A stretch of 64,000 nucleotides of DNA, taken from positions 10,452 to 74,451 of the forward strand of contig JARFRM010000224.1 of the NCBI GenBank assembly GCA_029287235.1, read 5' to 3'. The translations under genes and the position numbers were made by a program. A model generated the notes under the pieces. The model was given only the letters and a program-made list of their open reading frames with translations, was not told the DNA's origin and made no database searches. Source of the DNA: Thermoanaerobaculales bacterium (lineage in GTDB: Bacteria > Acidobacteriota > Thermoanaerobaculia > Thermoanaerobaculales > Sulfomarinibacteraceae). How positions within the stretch are numbered: position 1 is the stretch's first letter; every line of letters begins with the position of its first letter. This document shows positions 40,797 through 52,963 of this stretch, piece by piece.

Positions 40797-42128
40797 TTAT
40801 TTCTTCCGTTGCTTGCTTCGAATGAGCTGCTTCTCGGTCATGGCCTTGCGCTGGACCTTCCACTGCTCCTGTTTGACGATCGTCTCGGCATCGACCTCAT
40901 TCTCCATCGCCACATCGGCGAGGATCTGCGAATCGTACTGTTGCGCCTTGTCTTTGGCATAGGCCGTGTTCTTCAGCAGAACCATCTGGGCTTCCTCGAT
41001 CCGGCCCTGGTCACGGAGATCGACGGCGAGACGATTCTGCTCGGTGGCGATCTGCTCGACGACGGCGACCATGACATCGGTCGCCTCGCTGGCGGCCACA
41101 AGCTCATCGTCCGCGCTGTAGCTCGCCTCAACCCACCGTGTGCCTTCTTCGGTCGCCGGGGTCTCCCCCATCCGGAGGAAGGACCAGCTGACACCGGCGA
41201 GCCGCCTGGCCTCACCGCTGGCGCCGGCCGGAGCTTCGAGCTCGAGCAGGACGTATTGCTCCTGCGCCGCGTAGAGCTGATTGAGAGTAACAACCACCAT
41301 CCGGCCGGCGATCTCGGCATCACGGCCGAGGACCCGTACGGGGCGGGCGCCGGGGGCGCACTCGATCCGCACAAGGACGTCCTGCGCCGTCACCGAGATC
41401 GCATCGCCGAACTCGGCATCGAAGATCCGCGCGAGATCCCGCGGGTGCTCGACAAAGGTGTGGTTCCCATCGCTGCCGCCGGCGAGCCGGGCCATGAGAT
41501 CTTCGTTGTAGCCCAGACCGAGACCGATGGTGCTGACGGCAATCCCTTCCTTCTTGAGCGACGCACCGAGAGCACCGAGCTCGGCAGGCGAATCCGGACC
41601 GACATTGGCGAGCCCGTCGGAGAGCAGCACCACGCGGTTGACCCGTTCACGGTCGAGGAACTTGCGGACCTCGGCGGCGCCGACGCTGACTCCGGCGAAG
41701 AGGGCCGTCGAGCCCCCGGGCTGGAGCTCCTCGATGGCGGCGAGCACCGCCGTCCGGTCGGCCACCTTGGTTGCCGGCAGCAGGACCCGCACCGTGTCGT
41801 CATAGGCGACCACCGACACGATATCGTCGGGATGGAGACGATTGACGGCCAACGCCGCCGCTTCCTTGGCCCGCTCGAGTTTCTCGCCCTGCATGGAACC
41901 TGATCGATCGATGACGATGGCGACGTTGACCGGCGCCCGGTAGTCGCGCTCGCCATCGACGCTCAAGCCGACCTTGAGATAGACCGTCTGCGGCGCCCCG
42001 GCCAGGATCACGGGTTGTGACAGGGTGATGTTCACCGCCTCACGGCTGGCGTCGGCGGTCGGCGTGCAGGCCACCGCTGCGAACACGGCGATGATTGCGA
42101 TCCACTTGCTGTTGGCTCTGTTGCTCAC
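40797..42128 (-). CDS. VWA domain (YfbK-like) exported protein
   Basis: MIDAS DRSGSM, GGSTAL, LSDGLANVG; signal/lipobox AVAC; GGAGA RBS before GTG 42128. Confidence 0.85.
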   Translation of the reverse strand: MSNRANSKWIAIIAVFAAVACTPTADASREAVNITLSQPVILAGAPQTVYLKVGLSVDGERDYRAPVNVAIVIDRSGSMQGEKLERAKEAAALAVNRLHPDDIVSVVAYDDTVRVLLPATKVADRTAVLAAIEELQPGGSTALFAGVSVGAAEVRKFLDRERVNRVVLLSDGLANVGPDSPAELGALGASLKKEGIAVSTIGLGLGYNEDLMARLAGGSDGNHTFVEHPRDLARIFDAEFGDAISVTAQDVLVRIECAPGARPVRVLGRDAEIAGRMVVVTLNQLYAAQEQYVLLELEAPAGASGEARRLAGVSWSFLRMGETPATEEGTRWVEASYSADDELVAASEATDVMVAVVEQIATEQNRLAVDLRDQGRIEEAQMVLLKNTAYAKDKAQQYDSQILADVAMENEVDAETIVKQEQWKVQRKAMTEKQLIRSKQRKK

Positions 42129-42237
42129 GGGGTTCTCCCTTCGTTCAACCCCATGACATCGCGGTCGGTCGTCCGAGTGGTCAGATCCAGAGAAAACATC
42201 TGTCAGAAAATTGTAAGCCGAATCGATGAACAACGAC

Positions 42238-43350
42238 TCAATCGGTGATCGCAAAAAGACAGTTCCTGCAGATGAAATCATCGGGCGCATCGTCGATGCC
42301 GTAGGCCCACCGGCGAAGCTTCGCCATTGCGTCACCGGCCAACACTTCATCAACGGTCTGGGTGGCGAGATCGCCCACGGTGTGGACCTCGTCATAGTCC
42401 TCGCAGCAGAAGACGACCTTCCCGGCGGCGGTGATGTGGAGGTGCTCGAGGGGACGGGAACCGAGGTTGTCGCAGCCGCGGAGCCTCCGGTGCGGTTTGT
42501 CGGGTCCGATGCCGACATCGAGCCAGCCCGCGCGGTCCATGATATTGAACGGTCGGACGACGAAATTGGAGCCTGCAAACCGTGCCTCGAGGGCCTCGAT
42601 CTCACTCCGGTGGTCCTCATCATCGTGACCCAGCACCACCAGGGCCATGGTCTCGGCCAGTGGCTTGTCCTTCATGTAGTCGAGGTGGGAGAGCACCCTG
42701 GGCAGGTGGTCCTTGCCGCGGTCCTTCTTGTAGCGTTCGCGATCGACGGTGGAGATGTTGATCCCGAGATACACGAGCCCGCCGAGCTCGACCACCGCGT
42801 CCACCTTGTCGGGGGTGAAGCCCGAAGCGTTGGAAAGAACCGCCGGCGGCAGCCGGTGCTCGCGAAGCAGGGCGACTTGATCGACAAAACGACGGTCCGC
42901 GGTGGGCTCGTTGTAGTTGGACAGGCCGACTCCCTCGATGGTGTCCCGGTGCGCCGCGAGCTGGGCGACGATGGACTCGAAGAGCCCGGTGGGCATGTGC
43001 TCGGTGGGCCGCGGCGCCGAGCCCACCGGGCAGAAATAGCAGCCCTGGGTGCAGTTGGAACAGGTCTCGAGGGAGACATAGCGCAGATGGAAATCGTGCG
43101 ATCGGTCGGCGGAGACCGCCTCGATCCAACCATCGGCCAACCACCTGTGTTGCTCGTCGTCGAGGGTGGCGAAGGTGCCCTCGTTCTCGACGACGCGACG
43201 CAGCTCGACATAGCCGGGATCTCCGGGCACGACCACCCGGCCGGTGAGAGGGTGAGAGAGTCGTCCCGCCTCGACGTGGATCCAGGGACTCGCCCGCCAG
43301 GGCCCGTCCGATGGATGTGCGCTTTTACCGTCGTGATCGTTTTCGGACAT
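42238..43350 (-). CDS. Radical SAM/SPASM protein with N-terminal extension
   Basis: CTQGCYFC, YNEP, C-terminal GC...GKVVFCCED...GDL...CRNC. Confidence 0.85.
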   Translation of the reverse strand: MSENDHDGKSAHPSDGPWRASPWIHVEAGRLSHPLTGRVVVPGDPGYVELRRVVENEGTFATLDDEQHRWLADGWIEAVSADRSHDFHLRYVSLETCSNCTQGCYFCPVGSAPRPTEHMPTGLFESIVAQLAAHRDTIEGVGLSNYNEPTADRRFVDQVALLREHRLPPAVLSNASGFTPDKVDAVVELGGLVYLGINISTVDRERYKKDRGKDHLPRVLSHLDYMKDKPLAETMALVVLGHDDEDHRSEIEALEARFAGSNFVVRPFNIMDRAGWLDVGIGPDKPHRRLRGCDNLGSRPLEHLHITAAGKVVFCCEDYDEVHTVGDLATQTVDEVLAGDAMAKLRRWAYGIDDAPDDFICRNCLFAITD

Positions 43351-43548
43351 GAAGGGCATTATACGGATGAACCACCGCCGGACACTTGAGTGGTCGCTCA
43401 AGAGCTTGACAAGAACGGTTCCCAGATCGAGACTGATGGATACACCAAAAGTATCAGGTGGTGAACCGGTGTCTTTCTCTGGCGTTTTGTTTTGGACTTG
43501 GTTGCACTTAGGGCGAGAGGCGGCCTCGATCAACAAGGGAGGTTCGAG

Positions 43549-44940
43549 ATGAGGAGTGTCTACCAAACAAACAATTCACTCTGGAGGGTCCTGACCCTCA
43601 TCCTGGTCGGCATGGCCGCGATCACCGCGGTCGCGCAGGAGGAGGAGGAGACCAAGTGGTGGATCCCGCCCGAGCTGGGTCTCTCGGTCGTCGTGCCCTG
43701 GGGCGACGACATCGCCATCCAGGACGACGGCGGATTCGCCCTGACCCTGCAAATGTCCGCCTGGGAGCACAAGATCCTCGGAATCGGCGTGAAGACCTAC
43801 CCGCCGACCCTGCCCGGAGAGCGCACTCCGGGCTGGCTCGTCTTTGACGATCCGGACGGGTGCCCGTCGTTCATCGATCCCTCGTTCCAGGCGGCTGCAT
43901 ACGTTTCAGTCTATTGCAACCAGAATCCGGCGAGCTGGCCGGACTGCCAGCCCCCCGATTGGGGACCGCTCTTGACCTACCAATGCCCGGATGACGCCCC
44001 GGACGGCTACGACTGGTGGGCCGATGCGGCGGCCATGGACCCGTGGATCTTCGACGAGACTTGGGTCGAATTTTTCTCGGGAATCTCGGTCCCCGACCAG
44101 GTTCCACCGGAAGAACAGGAGACCCCACCGCAGGTGTGGCAACACGATGGAGAATGCGACACGAGCATCCCGCCGATCTGCACCACCGATTTCGAACTCG
44201 TCGGAGTCGGTCCGAGCCTCGGTTCTGAGACCGACTTCACCCGGTACGGCCGATGGGCTCGTCTGCCCGGTCTCGTCGTCATCCCCGACCATGGCCCCGG
44301 TCTGGTGACCAGGACCCTCGACCCCGCCGACTTTCCGTACGATCCCATCGATCCGCCCCAGCCGACCTACAGCCAGTTCTTCGACCCGCCGCAGCCCCTC
44401 GAGGCGTGGAACGTGGCCGGTCTCTTCAACACCGTCGGCCACACGCTCCAGGCCGACAAATACGCGTGGCCCGGTTGGGGTCGGACGACCTTGACCGCGC
44501 AGATCGTCGCCCCAAGCTCGCTCTTCCGTCCGGTGATGCTGATCGATCGCCACGTTTCGATCCCATTCACCGATGATCTGGGGGTCTCCTGCGGGGAAGG
44601 CCATTCCGCCTATCGGCTCGACGGCGGTCCTCTGACCTGTGTCCAGCACACGACCAACTGGCTCGACCAGTACACCAACGCCGAGCTCATCACGCTCCGG
44701 ATCTTCGTCGTCAACGGCGATGCGCCCGACGTCGTCGTCGACATGGACGGCAACGGGGTTCTCAATCTCCGTGACGTGGAGGCCATGGGCTACGAGGCGC
44801 TCACCTATGAGCGGGTCGTGAGGTTCTACCAATACAGCCAGGCCTACTGCGGCGTGCGTTACGACTTCGACGGCGATCACATCGCACCGGAGTGCGTGTT
44901 GGCCGCTCGGGCCGGAGGGATCACCGGCGTTCCGCGCTGA
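43549..44940 (+). CDS. Secreted hypothetical protein, Cys/Trp/Pro/Asp-rich, with EF-hand/dockerin-like motif
   Basis: GGGAGG RBS, signal peptide ending AVA-Q, DMDGNGVLNLRD and DFDGD. Confidence 0.7.
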   Translation: MRSVYQTNNSLWRVLTLILVGMAAITAVAQEEEETKWWIPPELGLSVVVPWGDDIAIQDDGGFALTLQMSAWEHKILGIGVKTYPPTLPGERTPGWLVFDDPDGCPSFIDPSFQAAAYVSVYCNQNPASWPDCQPPDWGPLLTYQCPDDAPDGYDWWADAAAMDPWIFDETWVEFFSGISVPDQVPPEEQETPPQVWQHDGECDTSIPPICTTDFELVGVGPSLGSETDFTRYGRWARLPGLVVIPDHGPGLVTRTLDPADFPYDPIDPPQPTYSQFFDPPQPLEAWNVAGLFNTVGHTLQADKYAWPGWGRTTLTAQIVAPSSLFRPVMLIDRHVSIPFTDDLGVSCGEGHSAYRLDGGPLTCVQHTTNWLDQYTNAELITLRIFVVNGDAPDVVVDMDGNGVLNLRDVEAMGYEALTYERVVRFYQYSQAYCGVRYDFDGDHIAPECVLAARAGGITGVPR

Positions 44941-44976
44941 CCCGGCAGCAGGATCAACACAACCCGCGGGCGACGC

Positions 44977-47916
<2,940 letters not shown>

Positions 47917-48054
47917 TCAACAATCCGGATTCCCCTGTTTTCACCCTGCGGAGGACCGTCCGTCCGGCGATGTTGGCAACCGATCGGATCGATCAGCGAT
48001 CGGCCGGGAAATCTCGCTCAGTATATCGTGCGCGCCGGGGCTGTCCGGCCTCGT

Positions 48055-48630
48055 TCAGAAGGTGAAGGTGGCGCCGATGGAAATCAGATAGACGCTGTCG
48101 GCATCGGCGATGTCGAAGTACTCCACCTCGCCGCGTACCGCCAGGCCTTTGAAGCGAACCTGGGCGCCGATGCCGAAAACCATGTCGGTTCCGTTGTCGG
48201 TGGTGAAGTGGATGATGTCGCCGATGGCCGATTGGATGTCGGCGTCCCAGCTGACGACCCCGACCTTGGCGAAGATGTCGGCGATGCCCAGCGGGATCAT
48301 GCCCATGGCGAAAGCGTCCAAGCCCTTGAGGTCGGCCCGAACGTTGACGGGTTCACCGGTTCCCGGGGGCGAGTCACTCAACCGACCGAAATCGACATAG
48401 CTTCCTTCCACCGCGAGGAAACCCATGAACCGGTAACCGGCTATGATCTTGTAGGAGGTGTCGCTTGCCGAGAAGTCGAAGCCGTCGAAATCGAGGTCGT
48501 CGATCTTGAGGGAGGTCTGGCCGAAACTACCGCCGACATAGAAACCGTTCTTGGCCGAGGCCGGGACAGCTGCCAGCGCCACGGCCACCAGTGCGGTCCC
48601 GACCAACGCGCTGCGAAAAACTCGATTCAT
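48055..48630 (-). CDS. Outer membrane beta-barrel (OmpA-like/porin family)
   Basis: Signal peptide ASA-K, GFYVGGSFG, AVEGSYVDFG, C-terminal ATFTF. Confidence 0.85.
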   Translation of the reverse strand: MNRVFRSALVGTALVAVALAAVPASAKNGFYVGGSFGQTSLKIDDLDFDGFDFSASDTSYKIIAGYRFMGFLAVEGSYVDFGRLSDSPPGTGEPVNVRADLKGLDAFAMGMIPLGIADIFAKVGVVSWDADIQSAIGDIIHFTTDNGTDMVFGIGAQVRFKGLAVRGEVEYFDIADADSVYLISIGATFTF

Positions 48631-48923
48631 ATCATGTTCTCCCTTCGGCCCGGGCCTACGGTGCAGCCCCACAACTGGGATGGTACTCGATCACCGATAC
48701 ATCCTCGCTCCCTGCACATCTTCAACCTACCAAGACGGGTGGAATCCATGACCCGGACCATCCAGTCTCCGTGACGACCGTCACCAGAAACGCAGGTTGG
48801 GGGGGTCCGTCCGCCTGAAAGGTGGGCAATCGACCCCGGGGAGCGTACATTCAGTAGGGAAGACGCCGGAAGCAACCAACGTCGTCAAATCGAACACGGC
48901 CGACGATTGAGAGGCGGTCCTCG

Positions 48924-50084
48924 GTGGAGATCACACCGCGCCATATCGAACGCGCCGCGCTGCGCGGTGAGATGCGATTCGACTACCAGCCGAAGGTCTC
49001 CTTCCTCACCGGCGAGGTCTGTGGCGCCGAGGCGCTGCTTCGATGGCAACGCGACGACGGCTCCGAGATCTCGCCGGAGACCTTTGTCCCGCTCGCCGAG
49101 GCCTGGGGCGTGGTCAGCGATCTCACCGAGGCCATGTTTCCTCGTTTTCTCGCCGATGTCTCGTCGATCAAGGCCGTCCACCCGGATCATCGGATCGCCT
49201 TCAACGTGTCGGCCCACGATCTCGACGCCCCCCGGTTCATCGCCATGTTGCACGACGCCATCGACGAAGGCCACGTCGCCCTCGACCACCTCGAGCTCGA
49301 GGTCACCGAGGGTGCGGTGGTGTCGGGCAAGCCATCGGTTCTCGGCAGCCTGCAACGCCTGGTGGCCGATGGAGTCGAGCTCGCCATGGATGACTACGGC
49401 ATGGGGTTCTCGTCACTCGACACCCTTCACCGGCTGCCGTTTTCTTCCATCAAGCTCGACCAGAGCTTCGTCCTGCGGGTTCTGCACTCGGCCAAGAGCG
49501 CGGTGTTGGTCAAGCTCAGTATCGCGATGGCGCAGATGCTCGGCATCCGCATTGTGGTCGAAGGGGTGGAATCCAAGGCGATCTACGACTCTCTGCTCCA
49601 CTCTGGCTGCACGGCGGCACAGGGTTTCTGGATCAGCCGGCCGCTGCCGCTCGAGCACTATCTCAACTTCCTCGACGAAGATCCGCGATGGCCGGCCTCT
49701 CCCATCGGCCTCTTCCGGATGGCCCAGCTCGCCCACCACTGGCAGGAACGGTTGCTCATCGATATGGTCTTTGCCGCGCTGCGCAGCGACGACCCGGTGC
49801 ACGAGATCCCCCTCAATTTCCATCTCGACGAGAACCAATGCGAGCTCGGCAAGTGGTACTACGGCATCGGTGAGAAGTTCGTCGGCGATCCCGACTTCGA
49901 CGCCCTCGAGAAACCCCACCGCGCCATGCACGATCTCTGCACCGAAGTCTTCAAGGCGCTGCGGACCGGGAATCGGCAACGCATTCTCAACGAGCTCCTG
50001 AATGAGATTTCGGAAAACTCCTGCCGGGTCACCGCCTGTCTCCACCGCCTCGAGACCAGAGCGCTGATTCGGGAGGCGGGCTGA
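48924..50084 (+). CDS. EAL phosphodiesterase with C-terminal CZB (zinc-binding) domain
   Basis: YQPK, AEALLRW, LEVTE, DDYGMGFSS, EGVE, QGF; tail AHHW...CELGKWYY...HRAMH. Confidence 0.85.
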   Translation: MEITPRHIERAALRGEMRFDYQPKVSFLTGEVCGAEALLRWQRDDGSEISPETFVPLAEAWGVVSDLTEAMFPRFLADVSSIKAVHPDHRIAFNVSAHDLDAPRFIAMLHDAIDEGHVALDHLELEVTEGAVVSGKPSVLGSLQRLVADGVELAMDDYGMGFSSLDTLHRLPFSSIKLDQSFVLRVLHSAKSAVLVKLSIAMAQMLGIRIVVEGVESKAIYDSLLHSGCTAAQGFWISRPLPLEHYLNFLDEDPRWPASPIGLFRMAQLAHHWQERLLIDMVFAALRSDDPVHEIPLNFHLDENQCELGKWYYGIGEKFVGDPDFDALEKPHRAMHDLCTEVFKALRTGNRQRILNELLNEISENSCRVTACLHRLETRALIREAG

Positions 50085-50154
50085 TCAGCACGGAGGAGCC
50101 TTTCCCCCCTTCTTTGATGAGTCTGAGCCTCCGACTGCGCTACGATCGCAGGCG

Positions 50155-51312
50155 ATGGATTTCTCGAGCCGCGAATCGCCCCGGTCTCCCCACGAGCTGA
50201 GCCCCGAAGACGTACTCCTCTTAAAGGTCTGCGTCGCGGCCATCTGGTCGGACGGCGCCATGGCGGCGGCGGAGCGCGATCACCTGAGCCACCTCATGGA
50301 TCGGATCGGCGCCACCGAGGAGGAGCGCCACGAACTGCGTCGAATTGCGCTGAACGATGTCAGCCGGAGCACGGTGCTGGCCGAGGTGGACTTGCTCGAC
50401 GCCGGAGACAAGCGCCGCCTCTACGATCGCTGCGTGGCGGTGCTGACGGCCGATCGCCGCCTTCGGCGTGGCGAGTTGCGCTTTGTCTCCCGACTCCGCA
50501 GGCGGTCCGGGGTGGGGCTGTTGGCCCATCAGGTCATGCTGTGGCGAGCGATGCCCGTGCGCCGGGTTCTCCGGTTTTCACTGCCGGTGGGTCTCTTCTT
50601 CATCGCTGCGGTGGCGGTGCTCCTCATTCGCTTCGCCGGCGACCCCGAGACCTTCCCACCCAACGAGCTCGCCTACCACCCCGAGATCCTGCTTCGCCAG
50701 GCGGCGGCCGGTACGGCTCCGATGGAGGCGGAGGCCCTCTTCGAGGCCATCCGCCACTCGGTGGTCAAGGTCAATGTCCTGATCGACCAGGGTGTCGTCG
50801 GCCACGGATCGGGCGCGGTGCTCGGTGTCGACGGCGAAGGCCAGCTCTATGTGCTCACCAATCGGCACGTGGTCTACCAGGAGGTGGCAAACCCACTCTT
50901 GCTGAGCTACGAGCTCGAGCTCGAGAACGGGATCCAACTGCCGGCCATGCTCGACTTCTACTCCCGCACCCATGATCTGGCCACCGTCGTGGCTCCCGGT
51001 CTCGGCGGCTGGGGCCTGCCCGTCCCGTTGCGGATGTGCAGTACCCTCTCGGTCGGCGAGAAGGTCTTCGCCCTCGGCAGCCCTATCGGCCTCGACCACA
51101 GCTTCACCACGGGGGTGATCTCGGCCCTGCGTTGGCCCATGGTCCAGACCGACGCCACCGTCCACTCCGGTTCGTCCGGTGGACCGCTCTTCGACGACCG
51201 AGGACGGGTCTGTGGGGTGATCACAACCTCGCACATGCAGAAGGATTTTTCTTTCGCCCTGTGCACGGAAACCGTTCTCGAGATGCTCGACGAGCGGATG
51301 ACGGTGGACTGA
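50155..51312 (+). CDS. TerB-like domain + TM + trypsin-like serine protease
   Basis: IWSDG...AERD and LTADRRLRRGE TerB-like repeats; triad TNRHVV / DLA / GSSGGPL. Confidence 0.8.
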   Translation: MDFSSRESPRSPHELSPEDVLLLKVCVAAIWSDGAMAAAERDHLSHLMDRIGATEEERHELRRIALNDVSRSTVLAEVDLLDAGDKRRLYDRCVAVLTADRRLRRGELRFVSRLRRRSGVGLLAHQVMLWRAMPVRRVLRFSLPVGLFFIAAVAVLLIRFAGDPETFPPNELAYHPEILLRQAAAGTAPMEAEALFEAIRHSVVKVNVLIDQGVVGHGSGAVLGVDGEGQLYVLTNRHVVYQEVANPLLLSYELELENGIQLPAMLDFYSRTHDLATVVAPGLGGWGLPVPLRMCSTLSVGEKVFALGSPIGLDHSFTTGVISALRWPMVQTDATVHSGSSGGPLFDDRGRVCGVITTSHMQKDFSFALCTETVLEMLDERMTVD

Positions 51313-51563
51313 GGGGCCTCGATCGCCATCGCCATATCGATCGCTATCGACGATCAGCTGCAGCCCGTCGAGGGGCGGACGCGAAGCAGCCCGGATCATC
51401 CTCGTGCGGGCGAAAAGCCCGCTTGACAATGGCGTTCGGTATCCGTTCAGGGACAGGCGGGATCGGTTGTTCGATCAGCCACGTGAAACCGATCTCGCGA
51501 ATCGCTGATTCCCCCGGGATCTCGACGTCAAACACGGCGGGATCGCGACCGTGACGAGCATCA

Positions 51564-51595
51564 TTGACAGTAGCGGCTACTCGTCATAGTATGAC
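51564..51595 (+). promoter_or_regulatory. Sigma70-type promoter with overlapping palindromes
   Basis: TTGACA (51564-69), 17-nt spacer, TAGTAT (51587-92); inverted repeats GTAGC-G-GCTAC (51570-80) and GTCATA-G-TATGAC (51583-95). Confidence 0.7.
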
Positions 51596-51628
51596 AGCGA
51601 CGAATTTTCTCGCTTGGGAGGGCGTAAA

Positions 51629-51829
51629 ATGAGATTGAAACACTATCGCTTGACTCTTTTTGTTGTCGCGGTTTGGGTGTTGGCTCTCGGGCTCACCACC
51701 GTCTTCGCACCCGTTCCGGTGGATGCGGCCGTCCAGAAGGTGGGGTGGATGACCTACGCCCCCAACCATCCCGGCAGTTGCGTACCGCTGGCGTTCGACT
51801 GCTATGTCCTCTGGGTCTATCCGGACTGA
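51629..51829 (+). CDS. Small secreted two-cysteine peptide (66 aa)
   Basis: GGGAGG RBS; basic-hydrophobic signal peptide ending VDA-A; predicted mature AVQKVGWMTYAPNHPGSCVPLAFDCYVLWVYPD. Confidence 0.75.
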   Translation: MRLKHYRLTLFVVAVWVLALGLTTVFAPVPVDAAVQKVGWMTYAPNHPGSCVPLAFDCYVLWVYPD

Positions 51830-51839
51830 TCATCGACCC

Positions 51840-52913
51840 GTGAATCGCCACATCCCGATCACGGCCGGTCTGACCGGCGCGATCTGCCTCGCCGGTCTTG
51901 CCAGCGGACTCGAGCCGGCCGCCCTGGGTGAATCCATTCGCTGCGAGGTCCGGGCTGTCGCCATCGACCGACCGGCCTACATGGTGGTCGACGCGGTCGT
52001 TCGGGGCGACCGTCTTCTCTTGCCGGACTACACCAACGGACTGCGCGAGATCGACCTCGGTACCGGAGCGGATCTGCGGTCCGTGCTGCCCATGGGTTCC
52101 AAACGCGGCCAGGTCACCGGCCCGCAGCATCTCGGCTGCGGCGGCGGCCGTTGTGTGGTTTTCGGGGACCGCTACTTCTGGATCTACTACAACGCGGGCT
52201 TCGAGTTCATCGACGAGTACCCGGGTCTGACCACCGGCGCCGGCGCCCAACCTCTGGTCTTCGCCGACCGGATGGTGGTGGCGGGCACGGCCAGCCCGGA
52301 GATCTCCGGCGGCGGAGTTCCCTTTCTCTTTGTCCAGTACGATGACGGTTCGGTGGTGCCGCTGCAAGAGTACCCGACCGGGATGGGAATCCCCGAGATC
52401 GCCAAACGGATCCATTTCCAGGGACCCACGGCGGGCGGGGTCGACCGGCTTGCCGATGGCGGCTGGGTCTATGTCGATCCGCGCAGCTACGGGGTCTTCG
52501 TTTTCGACCGACGCGACCGGCTGATTCGGGCATGGCGGGGGACGAACCCGCGCTTCAGACCGCCCAACTTCGCGGTCTACGAGCCGGTGCACGACGATTC
52601 GGGTCGGGAATATTTCTCCCGCTGGAGCCTGGCCCAGACCCAGGTCAAACGACCGGTGGCGCTGGGCCCGGATCTCATCGGCATCGTGGTCGGGATTCCC
52701 GACGGCGAGTTCCAACAACGACACGAGCTCGATCTCTACCGGTTGGATGGATCGCCGGTGGCCACCGGCGTCGATCTGCCGGGGGTCAAGGGCGGTCGAA
52801 TCGTGGTTGCCGATGCCGGCCTCGGCAAGATCGTGGTGGTCGGACAGTCAAGCTGGGAGCCGGGATCGAAAACCATGGCATGGAAGGTAACTGTCAGAGG
52901 TCTTGAACACTGA
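51840..52913 (+). CDS. Exported 6-bladed beta-propeller-like protein
   Basis: Signal-like N-terminus; GSKRGQVTGP, VFVFDRRDRL and LDLYRLDG blade-like motifs. Confidence 0.6.
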   Translation: MNRHIPITAGLTGAICLAGLASGLEPAALGESIRCEVRAVAIDRPAYMVVDAVVRGDRLLLPDYTNGLREIDLGTGADLRSVLPMGSKRGQVTGPQHLGCGGGRCVVFGDRYFWIYYNAGFEFIDEYPGLTTGAGAQPLVFADRMVVAGTASPEISGGGVPFLFVQYDDGSVVPLQEYPTGMGIPEIAKRIHFQGPTAGGVDRLADGGWVYVDPRSYGVFVFDRRDRLIRAWRGTNPRFRPPNFAVYEPVHDDSGREYFSRWSLAQTQVKRPVALGPDLIGIVVGIPDGEFQQRHELDLYRLDGSPVATGVDLPGVKGGRIVVADAGLGKIVVVGQSSWEPGSKTMAWKVTVRGLEH

Positions 52914-52963
52914 GTCGTCGCGCGCGAGGGCGCGTCACGCACCGCATCATTTCGGAGGGCACG

